Positions 48,944-59,900 of a stretch of DNA of 64,000 nucleotides are shown piece by piece. The stretch comes from Bacteroidota bacterium (GTDB taxonomy: Bacteria > Bacteroidota > Bacteroidia > Bacteroidales > UBA1715): the NCBI GenBank assembly GCA_009786075.1, contig WQTX01000006.1:99-64098 (forward strand), read 5' to 3'. Position numbers and translations under genes: made by a program. The first letter of the stretch is position 1, and each line of letters opens with the position of its first letter. The notes beneath the pieces are model-generated. The model was not told the DNA's origin. It worked only from the letters and a program-made list of their open reading frames with translations, and did no database searches.

Positions 48944-51142
48944 TTATTTTTTCTGTAATTCCACCCGTTCCACTCTACGCATTCCTTTTATTTTTTGCAA
49001 TTTTACCATTAAATTGTTCAAATGCGATAAATCAACTACATACAAGTCGAGTGTTCCTTGAAATATATCTTCTATTGATTCAATTTGCACATTGCGTATG
49101 TTTATATTCAATTGTTCGCTAATTACGTTCGCTATATCTCTCAGGACGCCAATGCGGTCTTTCCCGTCTAAGCGAATACTTACCAAAAAGGCATTGGAGT
49201 GTGAATTTTTCCAGCGCACTTCGTAGGCTTTGTGCAATAGTTGCAATTCAATAGCTTGCGGACAAGTGCTTTTGTGCAACACAAAATTCATGTCGGGTTT
49301 AAATGCAATCACGCTATCGCCGGGGATTGGGTGGCAACATTGAGCTATGGTGTAATCGGAATTATTGCTGTGCAAAATTTGTATGGTATCGTCGGGCTCT
49401 TGTTTTTCGGTTTTTTCTTCTTTTGAAAAAATTTGCGGTTTCAAAAACCGGATAATTTTATTTGTCCGTTTTCGTGTGGCACATTCTATAATTTGTGCTT
49501 CCGAAAAGATACCTTGTGCAATTTTTTCGTAAAGGTCGTCTTTGTCAATACAATCCAATCCTTTAAGTAATTTTTCGTAAACGGTATCTGTTTCCTGTAA
49601 TTTTTTGTTGTGTAATATGGTTTTCAACATTTTTTGCCCTTGCGCCACAAGTCGTTTTTGTTCCGATTTGAATACTTGTTTAAGCGCTTTACGAGCTTTT
49701 GTTGTGGTAATTATGTTCAGCCACTCTTTTTGCGGTCGTTGCGTTTTCGAAGTTAGGATTTCAATTTGGTCGCCGCTTTGAATTTTATAATCCAAACTTA
49801 CGGTTTTGGTTTTATTTATTTTTGCTCCAATGGCATGATTGCCGATTTCTCTGTGCACTTCGTAAGCAAAATCAAGCACTGTGGCGTTGGTCGGGAAACG
49901 ATGCATAGCGCCTTGGGGCGTGAATGCAAACAAATCGTTGGAAAGCAAATTGAGTTTAAAATCGTCGAGAAACGAAAGCGAATCGGAGTCGGGGCTCGAC
50001 AAACTACTGCGCACACGCTCCATCCACACTTCGAGTTGGCTTTTCTCGTACCCATCTAATTTTTTATATTTCCAGTGAGCGGCATAGCCTCGTTCGGCAA
50101 TATCGTTCATGCGCTCGGTGCGAATTTGCACTTCTACCCAATTGCCGTCGGGACCCATTACTGTGGTGTGCAAGGCTTCATAGCCATTGTCTTTTGGTGT
50201 TGCAATCCAATCACGCAAACGCTGAGGATTGGGTGTATATTTATCGGTTATAACCGAATATACTTTCCAACACATTGCTTTTTCGTCTTCGTGTGCTACA
50301 TCGGTCAAAACTATTCGCACAGCAAACACATCGTACACGTGTTCAAACGGCACATTTTGTTCTCGCATTTTATTCCAAATCGAAGTTATTGATTTCGAAC
50401 GACTTGAAATATTGTATTTTATATTTTCTTGTTCAAGAGTGAACATTATGGGCAAACAAAAACGATTGAGATAGTGCACTCGTTTTTTTTCGCTATTTTT
50501 CAATTTTTTTGAAATATCGTTGAAAATAGACGGTTGTAAGTATTTAAGGCATAAGTCTTCCAACTCCATTTTTATATTGTAAAATCCCAACCTGTGAGCC
50601 AATGGAACAAATAAGTTTAAAGTTTCATCGGCTATGCGCACTTGTTTATCGTGCGGCATGGAATCGAGCGTGCGCATATTGTGCAGGCGGTCGGCAATTT
50701 TGAGTAAAATCACACGTACATCGTCGGCTATGGTAAGAATTATTTTTTTAAAATTCTCAGCCTGACCGGCTTGCGTTTTCAGTGCATCTCTAATTTTGGT
50801 AAGTCCGTCAATAATGTGCGCTATTTTTCCGCCAAACATATCGGCAATGTCTTCAAGAGAAAGGTCGGTATCTTCCACCACATCGTGCAGCAGTGCGCAA
50901 ATTACCGCAGTTGCACCAAGTCCAATTTCGCTCGACGCTATTTTGGCAACTTCTATGGGATGCAAAATATACGGCTCGCCCGATTTGCGCCGGCTGCCAT
51001 TATGAGCCCAATTGGCAATATCAAACGCTTTGCGCACAAGCACTTCGGTCTCTTTATTTTGCGTACATTTAGGACAACTTTCGAGTATATTCTCAAATTC
51101 TTTCTCTATATTATCTTTTTCTTCTTGCGAAAATTCTGCCAT
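48944..51142 (-). CDS. relA: Bifunctional (p)ppGpp synthetase/hydrolase (Rel/SpoT)
   Basis: RKSGEPYILHP, LHDVVEDT, KIADRLHNMRTL, PKDNGYEALH, EVQIRT, TGS and ACT domains. Confidence 0.95.
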   Translation of the reverse strand: MAEFSQEEKDNIEKEFENILESCPKCTQNKETEVLVRKAFDIANWAHNGSRRKSGEPYILHPIEVAKIASSEIGLGATAVICALLHDVVEDTDLSLEDIADMFGGKIAHIIDGLTKIRDALKTQAGQAENFKKIILTIADDVRVILLKIADRLHNMRTLDSMPHDKQVRIADETLNLFVPLAHRLGFYNIKMELEDLCLKYLQPSIFNDISKKLKNSEKKRVHYLNRFCLPIMFTLEQENIKYNISSRSKSITSIWNKMREQNVPFEHVYDVFAVRIVLTDVAHEDEKAMCWKVYSVITDKYTPNPQRLRDWIATPKDNGYEALHTTVMGPDGNWVEVQIRTERMNDIAERGYAAHWKYKKLDGYEKSQLEVWMERVRSSLSSPDSDSLSFLDDFKLNLLSNDLFAFTPQGAMHRFPTNATVLDFAYEVHREIGNHAIGAKINKTKTVSLDYKIQSGDQIEILTSKTQRPQKEWLNIITTTKARKALKQVFKSEQKRLVAQGQKMLKTILHNKKLQETDTVYEKLLKGLDCIDKDDLYEKIAQGIFSEAQIIECATRKRTNKIIRFLKPQIFSKEEKTEKQEPDDTIQILHSNNSDYTIAQCCHPIPGDSVIAFKPDMNFVLHKSTCPQAIELQLLHKAYEVRWKNSHSNAFLVSIRLDGKDRIGVLRDIANVISEQLNINIRNVQIESIEDIFQGTLDLYVVDLSHLNNLMVKLQKIKGMRRVERVELQKK

Positions 51143-51271
51143 AATCGTTCTGTTTACATCACAGCAAATATAGATTTTTTTTGTTTACGAGAACAATTAC
51201 TTTGTAAATTTCCCCAAAAAACTACCAAAAACAAAATCCTTTTATTATCTTTGTACTAATTTCAAAAGCAT

Positions 51272-51532
51272 ATTCTTTATCAGTCAAACGATGCTATTGA
51301 ATTGGAAGTGTTGATTGAAAATGAAATGGTATGGTTGTCGCTTGGGCAAATGACAATGCTCTTTAATAGAGATAAATCTGTGATTTCGAGACACATACGA
51401 AACGTTTGTAAAGAGGAAGAATTAGATAGATGGGCAACTGTTGCAAATTTTGCAACAGTTCAAAATGAAAACGGAAGATTGGTTGAACGCCAAATTGAAT
51501 ATTACAGGAAAAAAACTTTTTGCTTTCAATAA
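51272..51532 (+). pseudogene. Truncated RhuM-like DNA-binding protein fragment
   Basis: ILYQ...LEVLIENEMVWLS...LF.RDKSVISRHIRN...ATVANFATVQ.E..R.VERQIEYY, then abrupt divergence and stop; no ATG before the in-frame TAA at 51257. Confidence 0.75.
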
Positions 51533-51782
51533 AATGGAAATGACAACAAGCGAATTATTGAAAAATATTTTCTGATTAACACACTAACGATTTAAAAAAT
51601 AGTACATTTGCTCAATTATAAAACCACTAAAACCCACCCGCCTATGAAAAGAATAGCGTAATAATACGCACGTTTTAAGAATTTTATGGAAAATAATATT
51701 GATGTTTTTGGGGAAACATTGCAAAAAATTCTTGTGGGGAGGAAATTGATGTATCAAATTAAGTAAGAATTTAATCATTCAG

Positions 51783-51856
51783 TTTGTTGTAATTTCAAAA
51801 ATAATACTACCTTTGTGGCGTTGAATTTGTAACACTTTTATCATATTTGTGTAACA
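51783..51856 (+). promoter_or_regulatory. SigmaA promoter and candidate operator of the AbiE pair
   Basis: TTTG (51783)-N21-TACCTTTG (51808); TGTAACA direct repeats at 51828 and 51850. Confidence 0.55.
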
Positions 51857-51875
51857 AAAAACTTTTATAAATAAG

Positions 51876-52484
51876 ATGCAAAGTATTGATACACAAATAG
51901 AAAAGAAGATAAAGCAAAACAAACGAGGAAAAATATTTTTCGGTGAAGATTTTGCGAAATTCGGTTCGCCCGATGCAATCCGTGTGGCACTGCACAGAAT
52001 GGTAAAAAAGGGTTTGCTCACTCGTGTTGCTTTTGGTATTTACTATTACCCAAAGCACGATACGGAATTACACGGCTATGTTTTCAAAGATACTCCAAGC
52101 ATTGAGGAAATTGCCCGCGCAATCGCAAAACGCGATAAATGCCGCATTGTTCCAACGGCTTCGCACGCACTGAATATGCTTGGACTTTCTACACAAGTAC
52201 CTATGAATGTGGTATATATTACCGATGGCGCGCCTCGAAGAATTAAGGTTGGCAAAGGGCGCGGCATACTGTTCAAACACACTTCCGACTTGAAACGCCT
52301 GTCGTATAAATCTCAAAAATTAATGCTTATTGTTTCCGCATTGCGCGAAATTGGCGAAGGCAGAATGACAGACGAAGAAAAAGAAATCATAAAAAAACAT
52401 TTTTCAACCGTTTCAAAAAAAGAATTTGAAACAGATATAAAATTAATTCCTGTTTGGATTAGAAAACTTTTATTGTCGTTATGA
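51876..52484 (+). CDS. AbiEi-type antitoxin (DUF6088-like)
   Basis: N-terminal wHTH (AIRVALHRMV...GIYYYP), LNMLGLSTQVP...Y.TDG..R. Confidence 0.85.
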   Translation: MQSIDTQIEKKIKQNKRGKIFFGEDFAKFGSPDAIRVALHRMVKKGLLTRVAFGIYYYPKHDTELHGYVFKDTPSIEEIARAIAKRDKCRIVPTASHALNMLGLSTQVPMNVVYITDGAPRRIKVGKGRGILFKHTSDLKRLSYKSQKLMLIVSALREIGEGRMTDEEKEIIKKHFSTVSKKEFETDIKLIPVWIRKLLLSL

Positions 52485-53485
52485 AATATTTGCAATTAAA
52501 CCGCGAGCAACAACTGTTGCTTTTGGACGAAACACATAAGAAAACCAACCTTTTAGAAGTTATCATTGAAAAAGACGAATGGGTTACTGCCGTACTTCGC
52601 GCCTTGTTTTCATTGCCTTACGCCGAACATTTGCTGTTCAAAGGCGGCACTTCGCTGAGCAAATGTTGGAATCTGATAGAGCGATTTTCGGAAGATGTTG
52701 ATATTGCGATAAACCGTGAATTGTTGGGTTTTTCAGGCGAATTGTCGAACAATCAAATCCGCAACAAATTACGCAAAACTTCCTATTTATTCATAAAGGA
52801 AAAATTAGCGCCGGATTTAGCCGAACAAATGGAAATTCAAGGAATAAACTCCGAATTATTTTCTGTGAATGTCGAATTTTCGGAAGATAGTACCAAAGAC
52901 CCTGTAATAGTGGAAGTTGCCTATAATTCAATAATTGAAGGACTTACCTATATAGCCCCTGTTGTAAAACTTGAAATTGGCTGCCGTTCAATGCGTGAGC
53001 CGTTTGAACAGGTTACAATACAGTCGCTTATTGACGAAACTTTCCAAAATACAGCATTATCGAGCAAATCGTTTGAAGTAAATGCCGTAGTGCCGCAACG
53101 CACGTTTATTGAAAAATTGTGCCTTTTACAGGAAGAATTTGCAAAACCGCAGGCACTTGTACGCGCTAACCGAATGAGCCGCCATTTATACGACATTGTA
53201 AAAATGGCAGATTCACACATTGCAGACAAAGCATTTGCAGACAAACATTTATGGACTTCGGTAGTTGAACACAGGCAGAAGTTTGTCAAAATGAAAGACT
53301 TTGATTACAACCTGCTTAAACCCGAAAATATCAGTATAATTCCCCCCGATTTTATTATTTCAGAGTGGCAACAGGATTACGAAACAATGCGCGAAACAAT
53401 GATTTATGGCAATTCGCTATCATTCAACAAATTGATAGACAAGATAAAGCACCTTAACGAGAAAATAAACAGGATTGATTGGTAA
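52481..53485 (+). CDS. AbiEii/AbiGii nucleotidyltransferase toxin (type IV TA)
   Basis: IEKDEW, FKGGTSLSK, RFSEDVD, RTFIEK, SRHLYD; ATGA overlap with the antitoxin. Confidence 0.92.
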   Translation: MKYLQLNREQQLLLLDETHKKTNLLEVIIEKDEWVTAVLRALFSLPYAEHLLFKGGTSLSKCWNLIERFSEDVDIAINRELLGFSGELSNNQIRNKLRKTSYLFIKEKLAPDLAEQMEIQGINSELFSVNVEFSEDSTKDPVIVEVAYNSIIEGLTYIAPVVKLEIGCRSMREPFEQVTIQSLIDETFQNTALSSKSFEVNAVVPQRTFIEKLCLLQEEFAKPQALVRANRMSRHLYDIVKMADSHIADKAFADKHLWTSVVEHRQKFVKMKDFDYNLLKPENISIIPPDFIISEWQQDYETMRETMIYGNSLSFNKLIDKIKHLNEKINRIDW

Positions 53486-53674
53486 GTTTTTATTTCTCCA
53501 ATCTCCCCCAATGGCATTTGGGTATTTATACTTCGGAATTTACAAATCCTCTAACAAACTTTTAAATACCCACACAAAACAAAAAATAACAGCCCAAACA
53601 AAATATTCCCGAAGTAATAATTGTTATTATCAAAATATTACTCTACTTTTGTAGGAGTTATTCATACAAAAAAT

Positions 53675-53764
53675 ATGCACAATTTTTACCCCAATATCAA
53701 TACACACAAACTTGGTAGTAAGCTAACTATCAACGCTTTGCGCTATATAAACGGGGGGGGGTAA
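53675..53764 (+). CDS. Putative 29-aa leader peptide ending in a G9 tract
   Basis: ATG 53675, MHNFYPNINTHKLGSKLTINALRYINGGG-TAA; TACTTTTG -7 element at 53644-53651; below the ORF-track cutoff. Confidence 0.55.
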   Translation: MHNFYPNINTHKLGSKLTINALRYINGGG

Positions 53765-53812
53765 ATCGCTCATTATCAGCGAATTACACAATTCGTCATA
53801 ATTCCTCATAAC

Positions 53813-53866
53813 AAAAAAATCCTTTACCGGAAACGAATGTTCGTTTTCTGTAAAGGATTTTTTATT
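53813..53866 (+). terminator. Intrinsic terminator/attenuator in the leader of the giant surface-protein gene
   Basis: AAAAAATCCTTTAC-CGGAAACGAA-TG-TTCGTTTTCT-GTAAAGGATTTTTT-ATT. Confidence 0.7.
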
Positions 53867-53896
53867 GTCCGCCCCTACAAAAAAATCAACCGAATA

Positions 53897-53930
53897 AACT
53901 TTTCCAAAGTTCTAAAACTTTGGAAAAGTT
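53897..53930. repeat. Hairpin-type repeat
   Basis: AACTTTTCCAAAGTT-CTAA-AACTTTGGAAAAGTT inverted repeat. Confidence 0.65.
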
Positions 53931-53980
53931 ATACAACAAAATAAAAAAAACTCAATAATTTCTTTTAAATCCAATTCAAC

Positions 53981-56900
53981 ATGAAACCAAAAAAACTACT
54001 CACAATCGCACTATTCGCCCTGCTCGCAGCGACGCAGGCATGGGCGCAACCAATCTGGAACGGCACCACAGCCACCAACTGGACAGGCTCCGGCAACTCC
54101 GAAGCCGACCCCTATCTGATTACCACCGCCGAACAATTAGCGGGGCTTGCAGCACAAACCAAAGCCGGAAACACCTTTAAAGGCAAGTTTATTAAACTTG
54201 CCAACGATATTTGGCTAAACGCGCCCAATACGCCTCGCGACGACCGCAACGAATGGCAACCGATAGGCGACTTTGAATATGTTGATGCGGGCGTAAAAAA
54301 CGAGAAAGGGGAACTGGAATATGTTGTAGGAACAATGTTTAGCGGCACATTCGACGGTGGCGGACACACCATTTACGGTGTGTCTAATAACGACAGTATT
54401 CCCGATAACAGCGATTGGTACGATTGGGGAAACTGGTACTTTGGTGCGACATTGAATTTTGAAGGTTTTTGTAGCGGATTTTTCGGACGCATAAACAGCG
54501 ATGCAACTATTCAGAATCTTAACCTCAAAGATGTAAATATAACAGGTTGTTACGATGTTGCCGGATTGGTTGCCACGAACAATGGTACAATACGCAACTG
54601 TAGCGTTGTGGGAGGTGTGGTAACGACAAGCACCGATGGTAGTGCAGGGGACGGAATTGCAGGAATAAATAACGGAACAATAGACAACTGCTTTGCCGAT
54701 GTAGAAACAATAGGTTGGCGAGTTAGCGGATTTGTTGGGAACAACGAAGAAAATGGCACAATAACCAATAGTTCGGCAGCGGGCAATGCGTTTAATTGGT
54801 CTGAAAAATCTAACATTATTTCCGGTTTTGTCTGCGTTAACGCCGGGTTTATCAACAACTGCTACTCTACGGGAAACGTAACGAATAATGCAGGTAATAC
54901 AAATGCCGTTGGCGCAGGATTTGTAGGAGTAAATCAAGAAACAGCTATCATTACCAACAGTTACAGCACAGGAAACGTAAGTGGTGCTATGGACGGCGTC
55001 TACAGCTTCGGCGGCGGTTTTGTAGCTGAGAATCGCGGCTATATTGCCAACTGTTACGCTCTGGGTGATGTAAGTGCTAATTGCAGGGGATTTGCGTGGA
55101 CAAATTCACATTATACCACAGATTGGTCGCTAACCGGCAACACGAATGCAACAATTATTAACTGTTTTTATGCCGGTAATTCCCTTACTATGAATGGATT
55201 TACCAACCGCAGCGGTATTTTAATCAACAATTATTTCGATGTTAAAAAAAGCGGATTTGATGTTGAAGACGGCGGTGAGCCGCGCACAACCGAATATATG
55301 CAATCGCAGGCATTTGTCGATACGCTTAATATGTTTTCGGCGTTGTTCGGATTGAATACTTGGGTACACACACCCGGCGAATACCCAAAACCAAGCGGAA
55401 CGGTTGCAACCAACCTGAGCGATTATCTGAAAGGCGGCGCTGGAACAGAAAGCAACCCCTATTTAATTGAAACAAAAGAACAGCTTAGCAATTTTGCCAC
55501 GTATGTAAATAAAGGGCATTGGTTTAACGATGAATACATACAAATGACAGCCGATATTGCTTGGAGTAACACGCCACGCGAAGAATGGGGTGCAAACCCG
55601 CCACCTTCGTTTAAACCCATAGGACACCGATTTACCAAAGCCTACACGGGCACTTCTTCTATAAGTGTAGTTTCCAAACCATTTTGTGGTACATTCAACG
55701 GCAGCGGTCATACAATCAGTAATTTGCGCATCAATAGTAATACCGATAATCAAGGATTATTCGGTTATGTGCATTATGGCGTTATCAAAAACCTCAACAT
55801 AGAGGGAGCGTATGTAAGAGGCAATTTGAACGTTGGCATACTTGCCGGTATGGTTGACCAAGGAACTATTGATAATTGCCACTCCACCGGAGAGGTTTTA
55901 GGTGCTGTGTTACCAAGCAGTACTCCAATAGGCGGATTGGTTGGAGCATTTGACGTTTCGCAACTTCGTTTATTTGCCCCAAAAGAAAATTTCCAACATA
56001 CTATAAAAAACTGTTACTCTACGGCAGAAGTAAAAAATGTTACTTCCGGCGCGATTGCAGGCGGAGGATTGCTTGGTGGGGCTTCGGCAACCGCCTCTAT
56101 CGAGAACTGTTATGCAATGGGAGGATTACATTTAATAGGCATTAGTCAGGCTTATCAAAAAAACACTTACACCACCACCACTACCAAGCCAACCAATTTC
56201 TATTCAGATAGATTTAGCAATGTTTTTTATCAAAGCAATGATGCTCCTATTGACAAAGAAGAACGAAAACCACGAACAAAGGAGTATATGCAAAGCAAAT
56301 CGTTTGTAAACGAATTGAATTACCCTGCCGCCGTGAATAACGCCACAGAAGAATGGAAATACCTGTATTGGCAATATAACGAAAACGATTATCCTACATT
56401 TACCGCCATTCTTCCGCCAACTGTTACGGTAACATTCGTGAGCAATGGCGGTAGCGAAGTCGTGGCGCAACCGGTGCTTGCCGGCAGCCACCCAATTGCG
56501 CCGCCTGCGCCCACACTCAACGGCTTTACTCTTGCCGGCTGGTACACCGATGAAGCATTGGAAAACCTGTTTACATTCGGCACTGATGTAATTGACAACA
56601 ATATAACGCTTTATGCCAAATGGGCGCCAAACTTTGCTCCCGACATAACGTGGTACACCGAAAATACGCATCTGAACGAATTTACCATATATACAGTGGA
56701 GCAACTCGCAGGCTTGGCGGCTCTTGTAAACGGTACTACATCGTGGGGAGTATTCGATTTTAAGGGAAAAACGGTAAATTTGGGCAACGATATTGCCATA
56801 AACGATACCACAAATTGGCAACAGTGGGGCATTAATCTCACGGCACAGTCGTGGACGCCAATAGGTGTAAATTATATGCAAGGATTTGAAGGAACATTCA

Positions 56901-59900
56901 ACGGCAAGGGGTACACGGTAAGTGGCGTGTATATCAACAGTTACAATGGCACTAATTTGGGATTGTTTGGTTCTATTGGTGTCAATGGGGTAATAAAAAA
57001 TCTTGGCGTTGTTGCGTCGTATGTGAGGGGAAGTACTGAACTTGGAATTTTAGCAGGACGAATTGATGGAGGCACAATAACCAATTGTTACGCTGTGGGA
57101 AATGTGGTTTCAACAAAACTTGTTTCAAGTTATATGTCTGACAGTAATGCCGGTGTATTAGTAGGCACAGCATTTAATGCAAAAATAGACAACTGTTATG
57201 CTATGGGAAGAGTAGAAGGAGGTCGCTACATTGGTGGATTAGTTGGAAACACTCCCACTACCGGTGTTACTACAATAACCAATTGCTACGCAGTAGTAGC
57301 AGTAACAGGCAAATCAGATGTCGGCGGATTAAAAGGCTACCCCAATGCAACTACGGCTATACCCAACTCCTACTACGACAGCCAAATAAGCACCCTAACC
57401 ACCACAAACGCCTCAGCCAAAGCAACACTCTCAATGAAACAAATAGCAACTTTTGCAGGTTGGGATTTCAACACAATTTGGGGCAGAAACGACAACATCA
57501 ACGGCGGTTACCCATATTTACGTATGGGCAAAACCGAGCCGAACGATGCCGATAAAACGGTTACCATTACATTTAACAGCAACGGCGGCAGCGCAGTTTC
57601 GCCCGCTTCAACGGTGGTAACCATTGGGCAAAAACTAAGCAAACCGGCAAATCCTACACGCGCAGGATTGGAATTTGCAGGCTGGTTTTCCAATAAAGAA
57701 CTGACCCAAGCGGTAGATTTCAGCGCCGATATTACATACGAAAAAGACACCACGCTCTATGCCGGTTGGCTTATTACTCTTATCAACACCACTTTCGCCA
57801 CCGAAGAATCGGTAAGCAACTGGGGGCTTAAAGGCGTAACTTGGAACAGCAGTACAAAATTGAGCTTTATCATCAGTGGGGCAACCGCCCAGGTGATGCC
57901 CCTGCTGCCTCAAAATAAAACGAATTTGAGCGTGGAACTTACAACCGTAAACGGCGCTTACTTAACCATGCAGACCTCGCCCGATAACGTTGATTATGCC
58001 GATTACGGCAAAGTTACCGCCAACAATGCAACTTCCACAGCTACCATTGCACTGCCCGACAGCACGCGCTACATTGCATTCACATCAACCGGAACTAACA
58101 CTCCGCGATTGACCGCCTTGAAAGTAAAATGGATTCTCGGCAGCGAAGACCCGTTTACCACCGTAACCTTCGACGGCAACGGCGGCTTGAACAAAAGCGA
58201 TGGCACTCCTTACGCACAGCAGGTAACGGTTGTAACGGGTATGCCGGTACAATTGCCTGCCGTTCTGCCTGTGAAACCCGGCGAGATAATCGAAGGCTGG
58301 TATTTTGATACCGAATTGACCAAGCCGTACAGTTCCAAAACAGAGATTTTGGGCGCAACCACCATTTATGCAAAATGGAAATCGGGCTACATGGACGTAA
58401 CATTCGAGAGCAACGGCGGCAGCGCTGTTGCACCAAAAAGCGTATTTATGGGCGAAAAGGTAACTGCGCCTGCAAATCCTACCCGCGCGGGTTACGTTTT
58501 TGTACGCTGGTGTACGGACGAAGGGCTGACCACCGCATTTAATTTTACCGCCACAGTAATTACCGAACCTGTTACACTCTATGCGGCGTGGAACGTGAGC
58601 TATTATGTAAGCATAAATTCGCAGGCAGAAGTAAGCAATTGGACGCTCGGCGACGGCGTAACATATAGCAACGGACAGCTGAATTTTACAAAAAGCGGGG
58701 CGTATATTGACCTTCCTGTGCTTCCTGCTTTAAGAAAAGGCATCACTATTACCATTACCGGAACATCGTACAATTATCTTTCGGTAGAGACGTCGGCAAT
58801 TGGCGGCGTAGGTATGTATACTAATCAAGGCGCATTTACCACCGCCACCAAAAACCTGCCCGACAATACCCGTTATATACGAATTACTGCAACTTCCGCA
58901 ATTTCCATTGCTTTAACTTCCATAAGAATATCGTGGCTGAACGACAGCGAAAACCCCGTAGCCACCGTAACATTTGAAACCAACGGCGGCAACGCAATTG
59001 CTCAGCGAGGCGCCATAAAGGGCATGACTTATGCACCGCCTGCACCCACAAAAACGGGGCATACGTTCAACGGCTGGTATTTGGACGAAGCGCTTGAAAC
59101 CGGATTTTCAAACACTGTCATTATTCAGGACGACGCTTTTACGCTCTACGCAAAATGGACGCCGGAACTGCGCAAGGTAACATTTAACGCCAACAGCGGA
59201 ACAGCCGTAGCACCAATTGACACCGATTACGGCACGCCAATAACCGAACCGGAAGAACCTACGCGAGCTAATTATATATTCCGTGGCTGGTACACCGACA
59301 ATACAACCTTCCTAAAACCCTTTGATTTTGCAACGCCAATAACCGCCAACATAACGCTTTACGCGAAATGGGAGGCTCTGCTTTCGGTAGTGTTCAACAC
59401 CGGCACCGGCGGAACGGTTATTCCCACACAGTGGGTAGAAACAGGCGCAACCGTGCCACAACCCGAAGACCCCGAAAGAGCGGGCTACCTATTTAAAGGT
59501 TGGGTTACAACATCGGGCGGCTCGGTGGAATTTGATTTTGCCAACCCAATTACCGTAAGCAGAACAATTTATGCAAGCTGGGCAATACTTCGCACAGTTA
59601 CTTTCAACACCGGCACCGGCGGCAGCGAAATTCCCACACAATATGTAGAAAACGGCACACCGGCGCAACGACCGGAAGAAGACCCAACAAGAGCAAACTT
59701 TGTATTTAAAGGCTGGGTAACAACTTCGGGCGGAACAACAGCATTTAACTTTGCCAACCCAATTACCGCAAACACAACGGTGTATGCACGCTGGGCAGCA
59801 GCCTACGCAATCAGTTGGAGTGTAAACGACGAAATTGTTCAATCGGAATTTGTAGAGCAGGGCGTAATACCCACATTCAACGGCGAAACGCCCGAAAAAG

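Noticed and set aside
51533-51800. Short ORFs (51584-51778 and others) between the RhuM relic and AbiEi
   Set aside because: AT-rich with no motifs; probably decayed sequence that cannot be assigned.
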